From Narcine bancroftii (lineage: Eukaryota), in assembly GCF_036971445.1 (NCBI RefSeq), contig NC_091480.1:96224001-96288000 (forward strand): a DNA stretch of 64,000 nucleotides, given 5' to 3'. The notes below the pieces were generated by a model. It saw only the letters and a program-made list of their open reading frames with translations, was not told where the DNA came from and did not search any database. Below are positions 1-49,753 of this stretch, one piece after another (the stretch's first letter is position 1; each line of letters starts with the position of its first letter). Made by a program: the position numbers and the translations under genes.

Positions 1-1024
1 ATTTGAAAATATTGCTTACTCATTGCCACTAGTGGGCCATGGCCTGTTAAGCCAGGAGCCATGTGGGTGTTGGACTGAAAAAGGTTGAGTTCTTTCAAAA
101 GAACTCATAAACCTGACAAAAGAATTGTTTAGAACTAAAGAGAATTGTTTCAAACTAATGGAAATAAGACAATGTGGTGCCTGATCCTGTAACAGGAAGT
201 GGGTTATTGACAGAACAGGGTAAAGAGTGCGACGACGTCACAAAGTTCTTCTTCCCTGTTGAACATCCAAATATTGTTAAAATTGTCAACATTTCTCTCC
301 ACACATACCTGGGCTTCTTGGGAATGGCATACAGAAGGCTATCCAACATGTGTGTGCATGCACACACACTTGTGCATGTAGATTAATATATCATACCCAG
401 CATGAATGTGCATGCATGCATTATAACATCCCCTAATGCAGCCCTAACCAGGAAGTCCTACCAGAAATTGGATTGCACAGTAATAGCAGACGAGGCTTTA
501 AAAAAAAATCAATAAAACGAATGCCTATATGCTTAAATAAATGGAGTAATTCAATCCCACAATCCTATTGCACAAATATCTCTCCCACATACTTCCTTAA
601 TTGGTGATGCAGCTCACAAACACCGACGTCACAACGCTTTTCCGCTTGGCAATTTGCCAATTCAGACCGCAGGGAGATGGTGGCCTGGGGAAATTACCCG
701 GGGAGGTAGAGCCATGGTCCTGGTTAATTTTCCTGGGCCGATGTTTTCACACTGCCAATTCATGGGAGGGTTCCTGGGAAAATTTCCCAGGAACCCCCAT
801 TTTACCGGCCTGTCACACCCTGGACACTCTCTGAACCCATCGGGGACAAGGGTCCAGAGGGTGAAATTTCACATCAGGCTGAAAGGCAGTTTCTTACCTG
901 CAGCCATCAGGCTCTGAAGGAGCCCCAAAAAAGCTGCCTTTGTTTGGTACAAATTGATTCTGAATTTTCTCATTTTATCTCTACATTCTCGATCATCCAC
1001 TTTGCGTGGCTAAATGCTACAATT

Positions 1025-1428
1025 TGTCACGGTCATGCACTTACCTTCGTTAAGAGCGGGACTGGCCGCCGCTGATGACGTAAGTGATGTGACATTATGC
1101 AGCGGGACTGATCCAATCAGTCACCTCCTTGCATGGCTCAGAGGCTGGGGACTGTCGCAGTCACGTACTTACCTTCGTCGGGAGGAGAGTGAGAGTATGT
1201 GGCAGTGAGTCAATGAGAAGGGCAGAGGGGTTTATCTGAGTGGTGTTTGGGGAGTTGAAGAGTGCAATGTTGCGTCTAGTGAATAGTAAAAGAAAGTCGA
1301 CCATGGTGGCTGAAAGAAACGAGTAAGTGTTTTCTTTGTTTGTTTGTTAGCTGTGGTAAATCAGTGCCGGTACAAATTATCTGGCTAGACTGCTCGCTCA
1401 AGAACTCTTCTCACTATACTACGTGACA
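1025..1428. mobile_element. Solo-LTR-like element
   Basis: Termini TGTCACG...CGTGACA; flanked by tgctacaatt / tgctacaaat; internal short duplications (acttaccttcgt, gcgggactg). Confidence 0.6.
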
Positions 1429-1599
1429 TGCTACAAATTTAAAATTAAACGAACTTGAAACTGCATCACAAATATTAGTCACACACGTCATCCCCCCATA
1501 CACAAGTCACATTACTCCACCCACAGACACTGGTCATTTCCGCCCCCCACCCCCACATATAAAGGTCACACCACCTCTGACAGAGAAACACTTGTCGCT

Positions 1600-2310
1600 C
1601 CTCCTACATGGATATCCATGAATCTCTGCAAGAATCATATCCCCCAACCCCACTTCCCCAGCATCAACAGTTGTCATTCAGTTGCTTTATGTTACTAATA
1701 ATCATTACTTCATTGATGAGAATTTTGGCAAGATCCTTCATGAGAAGCCACTCCACTGACTGGGCAATAACCAGGTCTGGTTCTGGCCCACTGAACTCCC
1801 ACTGCTCATTCGGGGGAGACCACTGGTGTTTGCCTGCCACCTGCTGGAACATGCGGGCAATAACTTTATCATCCTTCCATCTGGGAAACTGGAGGACCAA
1901 CAACCATCTTCCGTCTGGACACCTTCCAACTAGATGGCATTTGCTTCAACTTCTCAGGTTTCCATTAATTTCCCCCCCCCCCCCCCCATCTTCTTCCATT
2001 CTCTTTTCCATTTTTCCCTCTGTCTCCTTTTACAGAGCCAAACTCAATTCTCACCTTTCTCCTTATCATATCCAATTGGCATTTTTTGTCTGTTGATCTG
2101 TTCTTTGTCTGTTGGTCTGTTCTCCTTCCCTTCCCAGTCTTCCCCCTTAATCTCTAGTCTAATTCAGATGCCTGCCTGCTTTTTGCTTAGACCATGAAGA
2201 AGGGTTCAGACCAGAAACATCAATAATACATCTTTACCTCTTATCGACGCTGCGAGTTCCTCCAGCATTTCTGTGTGTTTTTACTACTAACAATCTCAGC
2301 ATCGGCACAC
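1600..2310 (+). mobile_element. Penelope-like element 3' fragment (GIY-YIG end and tail)
   Basis: Degenerate KLEEQHLIFRLG-type coding remnant (~1885-1950) followed by the gaagaagggttcagaccagaaac..ttcctccagcatttctgtg tail. Confidence 0.65.
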
Positions 2311-2509
2311 AAATGGTTGCTCAAACCCAGTCCTCGTGGCATTCAAAGCCGGAGAGGGGAAGCCCACCCTGTCGCTGATGTTGAGAAGAATCAAGCTCGT
2401 CAATTCCTCAGAATTTGAAACCGGACTTACCTTTCACTGCCGCTTCTACCATCAGGGTGATTAAAGTTCTTATCCAATCAACCCTGAATAACTAGTGTCA
2501 AAGTCATTT

Positions 2510-2746
2510 AAATTTAGTCAAACGGCACAGTAACAGGCCATTTGGTCCACGAGCCCGTGTCGCCCAATTACCCCCAATTAACTTACAATCCTGGTACCCT
2601 CTGAAAAGTGGGAGGAAACCGAAACCCCCGGTTAAAACCCACGCAGACAAAGGGAGAACAATACAAACTCCCTACAGACAATGCAGGATTTGAACTCTGG
2701 TCCTGTAAAGGTGTTGCGCTAACCGCTATGCTAACCATTCTGCCCT
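2510..2746 (-). mobile_element. tRNA-derived V-SINE (HE1-like). Representative copy; others at about 15275, 19445, 26820, 28405, 29222, 36310, 39060, 44010, 47515, 54440, 55555 and 57930
   Basis: Pol III A box (TAGCATAGCGGTTAGCGC) and B box (GTTCAAATCC) on the minus strand, V-core tttgtctgcgtgggttt..ttcctcccac; many similar copies across the window. Confidence 0.85.
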
Positions 2747-2889
2747 AAAGAAGGTTCTAGTTACCCCAGCAAACATTATCTCTGCAACTATCCAGCAAGA
2801 AGGACTTGGCATGTTTCAATGAGATCACCACTCTCTCTTCTAAATTTGGAGAGGTACTGGTCAGGTCTGCTTCAGGACCATATCACACA

Positions 2890-3750
2890 AGTGATACAGA
2901 CACCTGTAGGACACTGGGAGCAAGAGACGCATATTTAAACAATGGCTAATGATGACATCCTTCCTGACAGGTTGGATACCTTCTGCATGAGGCTTGATGA
3001 CAAAAACAAGGTCACATCAAATAAATCCTCGTCTCCCCCTGAAGAAATAGGCACCTTGCATACCCGTGGCTGAGGTGAGGAAGATCCTGTTCAGGCTGAA
3101 CCCACTCAAAGCCGCAGGTCTACATAACGAACCTGGTCGGGTGCTGAAGGTCTGTGCTGCCCAGTTGCCGGAAATCGTAAAGGATACCTACAATATCTCG
3201 CTGCAGCAGTCCACTGTCCCCTCAGGTTTCAAGGCAGCCACAATCATTCCACTACCTAAGAGCGTGACAGTAAGCAGACTAAATGACGAGTACCCAGTGG
3301 CACTGATATCTAAGTGATTTGAGTGGCCTGTAACAGGACACATCAAAGCAATACCTCCCAACAACATTGGACCCATTCCAGTTTTCCTGGTCCACAGGAA
3401 ATGCCATAGCCTTGACTCTCCATTCAGTCCTGACACACCTAGAGAACGATGCCTCATACGCCAAGCTGTTCATCAACTTCAGCTCGGTGTTCAACACAAT
3501 ACCTTAGTGGCTGGTGGATAAACACTGGGACACAACACCTCTCTCTGCCACTGGAATCTGGACTTCTTGATGGAAAGATTGATAGACAGCATTCTGTTAC
3601 CATGACAATCATCCCAAATATTTATTGATATTTATTTTGATTTTTATTTACCACTTAATGGGTGTTTTTGTGCATGCACCGTGGACTGGAGAGATGGAGT
3701 TTCATCAGGTTTTATATGTATAATCAGATGATGGTGAACTTGAACTGATC
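2890..3750 (+). mobile_element. Rex1/Babar-clade LINE RT fragment, degraded
   Basis: LNPLKAAG..PGRVLKVCAAQL..FKAATIIPLPK..LNDEYPVAL and LFINFSSVFNTI remnants with stops and frameshifts. Confidence 0.85.
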
Positions 3751-3969
3751 TCTGAGACAGCAATCACTGTCTGGCTACTATACAAGGAGATCCTTGTGTT
3801 TAGGGAGACCAGATGCGAACATAATATTTTGGTGCAGGCTCATCATATCTCAATATAATTCCAGTACTCCACACTCTGTACTGTGTTTCATTCTGCTGGA
3901 ATTGTGTATGGTTACACTTGCTGGATAGCATGCTAAACAAATCCTTTCACTATATGTCAGCCTCTGCAG

Positions 3970-5105
3970 TAATAAGCACAACCTTCCATGATTGATGCAA
4001 CTTTAAAACAATGGTACAGATTTTGGGTATTAAACATTTTAAAGATCTATTTGTCGAAGGGAGTCTTGCTTCCTTTGAACAACTTCCAGTTACTCTTTTT
4101 TTAAATTATCTACAGATTAGAGATTTTTTTATGATTTCAATTACATCCTTAAGAGAATTGATAAGAATTTAATTGATGTAATTTTTAATTTACAACCTTT
4201 CATAATGGTTCAATATCTAACATTTATGATATGTTGTTGTGAATAAGAGCAGTTCCATCAGATAAAATTTAAAAAAGCCTGGGAACAAGACCTACAGCTT
4301 TTAATTCCTGAAGAAACTTGGAATGTAATTTTCAAATCATCTTTACATGCTCATCAATCTCGCCTACAATTTAAAGTAGTGCATAGGGCTCACATGTCCA
4401 AAGTCAAACTATCTCATTTTTATGTGGATGCATCTCCTCATTATGATAAATGCAACAATGGAGAGGCTTCATTAATTCACAAGTTCTGGACATGTCAGAG
4501 TCTTGAGTAATATTGGAACAATGTATTTCAAACTTTCTCTGCACTTTTTAAAGTTAATTTTAAACCAAATCCCCCTAACTGCTTTATTTTTTTTATTTTG
4601 GAGAGAGTGACGACATCTGAGCTGCATGTATTGGCTTTAATTTCTCTTATGGTTAAGCGAGCAGTGCTGCTCAGATGGAGGGACGTTACCCCACCTATTC
4701 GTGCTCAATGGCTACGTGACATCATGTCATGTTTAAATTTAGAGAAGATTCTGTGCTCAATTTCCGATTTGAATGTAAATTTTCAAACAATGTGGGGACC
4801 TTTTTTGAATAAGTTTTATAATCTTTGATCTGTTACAAAGGTAGAAATGTTGACTAACATCATTTTGATAAGAATTCTCTTTTTTTTGGCCAAACAGCTT
4901 CTTTCTTAGTAGTAGGTTTAGATTTTTTTTATAAAATAATAAAACATCAGTGCAATATAACCTGTTTGATTAAAGTGTGGGCAACCTTGGATGAAATTAT
5001 ACGATTTAAATGTAATGTATCCTTTTGAATTTTAACATATATCTGTATGTTCTCTGTACTTTTGGACATGAAATTTCAATGTTAATAAAAATAGTGAAAA
5101 GAGAT
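3970..5105 (+). mobile_element. L1-clade LINE 3' fragment (ORF2 C-terminus and 3'UTR)
   Basis: LQFKVVHRAHMSKVKL..DKCN..SLIH.FWTC zinc-knuckle remnant, WLRDIMSCLNLEKI, then AATAAA and an A-rich end. Confidence 0.85.
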
Positions 5106-7432
5106 GTTCTGCCAATTCTTAAATCACAACACATTTTTAAAGTCCATTGTGTGCTGTTTAAAATGTGTGCAATCTTGCGTTGCGCTTTTATCAGTTCACT
5201 CCCGCATCGCCGCCCTCGTGTTGGGTACTTCCCTCCTTCCTCCACTCCCGTCAGCTCCCGCACTAGACCTCCCCCCCCCCCCACTTCCTCATTGCCATAA
5301 CTCCAAAGTAACCACTCAATGCTGTTCCTTTCCAAGATTTCAGTTCTCCTGTGTGGAATTGAAATATTTCATCACCGTTCCAATAAATCTCTCTGCCGTA
5401 CATCTGTAATTTTTGGAGTTCTGTGTTTTTCAATGGATTTGTCTTTTCTAATTTAACAAATCCTTTCATTAATACTCCAAAATCATGAACTTTAGCTAAT
5501 ACCATAGTCACCTTTAAAATGAACCAACACGATGAAACATAATTCTGCAAGAAATTCTTCCCTGTTCCCAAATTGTAAAATTCTGATAGAACAATTGTTT
5601 CTGAGATCATTGTCAGCCAGTCCCAGACAACCGATGCCCAGTATTGAATCAGTAGAAAACTGCTTTTATTGTTGCGCATGCATCCTGAAATATATTCGAG
5701 ACGGAACCCCTTCATTGTTGAGGCTCAAGGAACCTGACCTATTTCTGTGTGAGTTGCAGCTTCCAATTGGCCCATCTGTAATATTAGCACGAATACCAAA
5801 TTACTAAGTGTTCAGCGTATCAGAGTATTAAAATACAGAGAGGATCACTCGGGTTTCCCTCCTCCACAATGACGCGATCAGCCACCATTGTTGTCTGAAG
5901 ATGGCCTCACAAAATCGTTAGGGGTCCCATCATCCAGCTACTCCCGGCGGGGGAAAGAGATACAGGAGTATCAGAGCCAGAACCACCAGGCTGAGGATCA
6001 GCCTTCTTCCCATGGGCAGTGAGAATGCCGAACGACTGATGAACTGTTCATACAATCCCTCTGAGATGCTACTATTTGTTTAACAATATTTATTTGTTTT
6101 TATACATGTACTGCATATAAATCTTACTGGGGCTAATCAAGGCCAAGAAAGGGAGTGCAATGCTAAACCCATGTATTTTTTTGACCCAGTAAGCACTGCA
6201 TCATTTCGCCCTGTGGGGCTAATGAATAAGTTTAATCTTCAGGGAAGGTGGCCACAAATTCTATTGAGAATTCTAGGTGGTTAAAATCATTCAAACCAGC
6301 TTAGAGATTGGGGAACTGGATAGTAACGACTTTTGTGAACTCAGAAATCTATGCCTGGGCATATAGGAAACATCCCAAACAACACTGAACTGTGGATGCA
6401 TTTAAGAAATGTTTGTTTACATGAAATCAACTCTGTGCTGTGTCGAGACAAGTGTTTGCATGTTTTTACACCAAGGACTGAAGATCGCTGTTACGTTAAG
6501 TCGTGCATATACAATTGTATTAATAATAAACAAACTCAAATGAATCTGTACAGCATTAATGATGTGCAGAACCCTTGCTTTTGGGCTTCATGCATTTATC
6601 CTAGGAGTTTTTGGTTATGAATTTTCAGCCATGATTACAAAATGTTCATACCCCAACTTGTAATCAGTGTTATTCTCTCAGGATTTAGCAACAGAGTCAA
6701 ATTTATGCAGTCTTTGTGTATCAAGTTAAATATTAATCAAATGCCATTCACCAACATCATAACCAACTTACTTTGTAATTATTTTCCCTTGCTATTGCCG
6801 AGATGATGTTTTGCAATAAAGTTCATTACTCTGGTAGAGCAACTTTCAGAACGTTTTTCCTTTTCATTTCACATCAGGACAGAGAGTCCCTGTTGGCTCA
6901 GAACTGCGGCTGGAACCATCACCAGCTCCAGGAATGGAAACTACTGTAATCTGGAACCATTGTAAGCTAAGGGGCTGAAGGTTGTGGAATGGGTGCGGAA
7001 GGGATGCACACCAGACCTGTCTGAAAGTGAAGAATGGGGAGGTGGAAGGCAGGCGTCGTGTGTGGGAGGGGATGGCTGAGGGCAGGAGAAGAATGGGGTG
7101 TGTGAAAGAGAGGGTATGAGAGATGGAGAGGGCAGCAAGAATGACAAAGCCCCAGATGAGAACTAGGAAACCCAGAAACACTTTAGAAAAGTTTCAACTT
7201 GCCAACTAGAATTTCCTCATTTACAAAATCAATGGAAGGAATATTCAGTAGTTAGGAATAGTAACTCACCCCTACTAGTCCTAAACCCAGTCAGCCCTTA
7301 AAGACGGAAATGTTGGAGGAACTCAACTAGGCTTGCAGCGTCCAGAGGGGTAAAGATAGATCACCAATGTTTCGGGCTCAAGTCCTTATTGCAAAGTATA
7401 TTAATTTTTAAAAATGTAGACATACAGCATGG

Positions 7433-9135
7433 TGTGACATATTATGTTGTATATAGATGTTTTAAAGGAGATAAATTGTGGCAGGTTTTTTTTAGGTCAC
7501 ATACAAACACTTCAAAACAGGTCTCATTTAAAGTATTGGAGCTCTGCTCAAGCCAGACAGTTCAGGCTCCGAGGGCCTTTGCAAAAGCTTTGGACAATTT
7601 ACTAATAGATTGTTGTTTTGGAAAGCAACAGGTGAAAGATCTCAGAGGATTGGGACCAGAGCCACAGTCTTGTCGGAGTGCAGTTTGCTGTTTTAAGAGG
7701 GTCATGTGGTTTTGCAAGCAGAGAGATCAAACAGACTTTTCTCAGAGCGCGAGAGAGAGCGCGAGAGAGAGCGCGAGAGAGAGCGCGAGAGAGAGCGCGA
7801 GAGAGAGCGCGAGAGAGAGCGCGAGAGAGAGCGCGAGAGAGAGCGCGAGAGAGAGCGCGAGAGAGCGCGAGAGAGCGCGAGAGAGCGCGAGAGAGCGCGA
7901 GAGAGCGCGAGAGAGCGCGAGAGAGAGCGCGAGAGAGAGCGCGAGAGAGAGCGCGAGAGAGCGCGAGAGAGCGCGAGAGAGCGCGAGAGAGAGCGCGAGA
8001 GAGAGCGCGAGAGAGAGCGCGAGAGAGCGCGAGAGAGCGCGAGAGAGCGCGAGAGAGCGCGAGAGAGCGCGAGAGAGCGCGAGAGAGCGCGAGAGAGCGC
8101 GAGAGAGCGCGAGAGAGCGCGAGAGAGCGCGAGAGAGCGCGAGAGAGCGCGAGAGAGCGCGAGAGAGCGCGAGAGAGCGCGAGAGAGCGCGAGAGCGCGA
8201 GAGAGCGCGAGAGAGCGCGAGAGAGAGCGAGAGAGCGCGAGAGAGCGCGAGAGAGCGCGAGAGAGCGCGAGAGAGCGCGAGAGAGCGCGAGAGAGCGCGA
8301 GAGAGCGCGAGAGAGCGCGAGAGAGCGCGAGAGAGCGCGAGAGAGCGCGAGAGAGCGCGAGAGAGCGCGAGAGAGCGCGAGAGAGCGCGAGAGAGCGCGA
8401 GAGAGCGCGAGAGAGCGCGAGAGAGCGCGAGAGAGCGCGAGAGAGCGCGAGAGAGCGCGAGAGAGCGCGAGAGAGCGCGAGAGAGCGCGAGAGAGCGCGA
8501 GAGAGCGCGAGAGAGCGCGAGAGAGCGCGAGAGAGAGCTATTTAGCAGCAACAGCTGGGACTGGAGGATGACAAGCTGGCAAACTGGTGGAAAACCCCAT
8601 TTTGAGTTCTTAGCTCTTGTGGACAATACAAGAGGAGATGGCTTGAAATAAGGGAAACCAAAAGGAACTCTGGTGAGCTGAAAGAAAGAGATCATCATTT
8701 GGAAAACCCTGATGGGGCAAGTTTCTTCGGCAAGACACTGCTGTGGCTGATCAGAAGGAGTCAGTTTGCGCCCAACGAGCAACAAATCTCTCTGAAAACC
8801 AACAAGAATCTTCCTGAGTGGTAACCATTTAATCTTTCAAGCACCAAAGCCTAGTGAAACACATAAATGTTAAATTCTGTGCACAGTAGATGAATTGCCT
8901 GATACCAGTGAACTTGGAGGAATGAGAAGTGAGATTGGACTGTAAATCAAAGAATTACATGTGCTTAGAATTAGAGGGGGAGGGGGGGTTGATCGGTTAA
9001 ATTAATGGTAATAAGATAAAGTTTGATCATGTTTTCATGTTTAAAGATAATTAAAAGCAACTTTTGTTTAAGTAACCATTTGTCTTGGTGAATTTATGTT
9101 GATGCTGGATTTTGTGGTCCTCTGGGCCCGTAACA
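7433..9135. mobile_element. Solo LTR containing an expanded microsatellite, inserted into a SINE
   Basis: Termini TGTGAC...GTAACA; 4-bp flanks atgg / acag; the SINE motif agacatacagc..gtaacaggccatttcgg is split around it. Confidence 0.75.
7744..8538. repeat. Compound (GA)n(GC)2 microsatellite with 10- and 12-bp units (GAGAGAGCGC / GAGAGAGAGCGC), about 0.8 kb
   Basis: Directly visible; the source of the ARES/RE/SLAL repeat ORFs. Confidence 0.98.
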
Positions 9136-9409
9136 ACAGTAACAGGCCATTTCGGTCCACTGGTCCGTGCCGCCCAAATTAGATCATGGAGGGAGTGGGC
9201 TTGGCCAGTGTGAGTGGGGCAGACAGGACAGGAACTTATCTAGAGACTGGTGCCCCTTAGGAATAAAGTGATCATCTAATAGGGAAGGACAGATGCCAGT
9301 GGGTACAGCCTGCCAGTGTTCAACCTCCTTGAAGCCAGTCTTCATCAGACCCTCATGCAACACAGGACACTCAATCTGCAAACACTAGTGAATACACGAC
9401 GCATATGCT

Positions 9410-9851
9410 CACCTCTGGACTCCCATCTTTCTAACTGCAGTAGACCAGAACCATCTGCATCCCTTATACAGAAGATGCAATGCAAGCCATCGGTAGACAA
9501 ACTATCCCATTGCCTTTGACTGAAACACCCTTCCCACAAGCTGTACCACTACTAAACCTGATTACGACCTATTCAAGTTTTTTTTTAAAAACAGGGTTTG
9601 ATTTCAATTATCATTATGTGCACGTGTTTAAATGAAGAATTGGGATGTAATTAAAAGCAAAGAATTACAAATGCCATTTCCTATCTAAATTCTGCAGTGC
9701 TTCCAGCGCATCAAGATCACCAACGATCCTTATAATTGCAGGTCCCTTTGTATAATGTAACATGCAAATCTATCACCATCTTTAAAAATAAATGCACAAA
9801 AAGATCAGTGAAATCTAAGAAACCGGCTGATTCAGATACCTGCAACTATTG
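9410..9851 (+). repeat. Diverged direct copy of intronic segment 17161-17490 (plus 18179-18193)
   Basis: 32-bp identical block acagggtttgatttcaattatcattatgtgca at 9591-9622 and 17335-17366, with collinear blocks on both sides. Confidence 0.85.
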
Positions 9852-10049
9852 ACCTCCTGTGGATGCAGTGAGACCAGCGGAGTCCCTCCAGCATTACAGA
9901 CCGTGGTGTTTCATGCTGTCAACACAACTAAGGCAAGCACCTCAACTCCAATTGAGAACTGAGAGTTTGACACCTTCAATACGATATTGCAGGCAGCTTG
10001 CACTGCCTTCCAGGTCCTCCAAAACTTTGTTGAACCATAATTTCCTCTG

Positions 10050-10185
10050 AATTATTTCTCTGAATCGAAACTCATTCGGTGACCATTTTCTGTTATTCGA
10101 GTCAAGCAGAGATTCCGTGCCATCCCGCCTGCTTCATGGGGAAAGCCATTCTTTTGAGATCTTCCTTGCTTTCTGCATCAAAATA
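10050..10185 (-). pseudogene. Degenerate duplicate (pseudo-exon) of the CaM-binding exon
   Basis: ttttgatgcag|AAAGCAAGGAAG..CTCAAAAGAATGGCTTTC..GGATGGCACGGAATCTCTGCTTG aligns by eye to 11634-11527 with a ~10-nt deletion and small insertions; in phase 0 it reads KARKISKEWLSP*. Confidence 0.75.
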
Positions 10186-10559
10186 GAAATAAATACTGCT
10201 TCACATTGTTCAGGTGCTGAGTTTGACTTGCCTTCACACCTCCTGAAACTGAGATGGGAGGAGCAGAAGGCAAGGACCATGTACAATCACAACCAATGAG
10301 CTAGAGAGTTGAAGTAGGATCCTTTATTTTCTCCGTTTCCAGGAACATCAGTTTTGGGTGGAAACAATAAATAACAAAGGTAAAGGGATGCAACACGGAC
10401 GACTTCAGTAAAGGCCGGGGAGATCCTGACAAAGAGTTTGTACAGCACAGAAACACATTGAAGGGCCCAGACCTGAAGCATTGGCCACCCTTTATCTCCC
10501 AAGGATGCTGCGTGACACACCGAGTTTCTCCAGCCCTTTGTGCATTGCAAACCCTTTGG

Positions 10560-11030
10560 CACATCAGATCCATGCTGACCTTTTGCCATCGACACAAATC
10601 CCAATTTCCTGTCCTCATGCCTTCCCTATTTTAAGTGCCTGTCTAAATGTCTAGTTGTATCTAGCTCAACCATCTCCTCTGGCAGTGAGTTTCAGGCCCT
10701 GAGCCACTGTATAAAAATCTTCAAAATCTCCTTTTAAGAGGTTTCTTCTCACCTTAAACCTATACAGACTTTTTTTTTTGATACCCATCTGTGGATCAAA
10801 GGATCTGACTATCCTATTCAAGCCCCCCATAATTTTGTATACCTCTGACAGGTTCCCATTCAGTCTCCTTGGCTCCAGAGAAAACAAGCCCCATCCTATC
10901 CAATCTCTCCCCATAATAAAAGTCCTTCAATCCTGGCGAGTCACCTCGACCCTCTCTCCTGCTCAGTCAGTCACTTACTTCCCATGCTGTGGCGATCAGC
11001 ACTGCCCCAATTATCTGTTTCAGTGTTCAA
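10560..11030 (-). mobile_element. CR1 LINE 3' fragment
   Basis: GLFSLEPRRLNGNLSEVYKIMGGL matches the CR1 ORF2 C-terminal motif LFSLE.RRLRGDL..VYK. Confidence 0.85.
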
Positions 11031-11512
11031 TGCCCGGGTGGCCCACAGCTAGAATGTTTCACTCCTGGGATTTTGACACCAATGCACATTCCCAATTATA
11101 TTTTTACACACACATGCCAGCAAAAATTATGGAAATTATGAAAACTCCTGGAATTATGGTCAGGACACTCACTCAGTGAAACTTATGCATGGGAGCATTC
11201 AACCTGGGTGATGAACATTATTTTTGGAAACAGAGGCAGTCATTATTAGTTGCCAGAGGTATCAATAGGACAATTGCTATTAATCCTGGTTAAGGAATGA
11301 CATTTTGTAGAAGAATGAACTCTGTGAAGGATGGAGAAACACTGTTCATCATTTATCCTGATATATAGTTCTGAATGTTTGATTACAAAATATATTGATA
11401 GATGGATTCCCCCAAGATCGATGTTCAAAGGAGAAATGATAAATAAACATGGATCTTGAACAAAGAGCCCACCATACGGTGGACTTCATGGCAATTACTT
11501 CCTTGAATTCAT

Positions 11513-49753
<38,241 letters not shown>

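Noticed and set aside
5263-5715. 150-aa minus-strand ORF with an internal acceptor-like site near 5512
   Set aside because: No recognisable domain or partner exons; cannot be supported without transcripts.
6864-6950. Possible terminal exon of the kinase gene (acceptor atggttccag)
   Set aside because: Weak pyrimidine tract, no Ig or telokin similarity, stop after 10 codons in the phase needed; the acceptor-like 10-mer is locally duplicated.
7389-8785. Long ORFs (279-420 aa) of ARES/RE/SLAL repeats on both strands
   Set aside because: They are translations of a stop-free microsatellite inside an LTR, not genes.
10287-10618. ORFs just downstream of the CaM-binding exon as candidate telokin exon
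   Set aside because: No Ig signature in the frames examined; partly CR1-derived.
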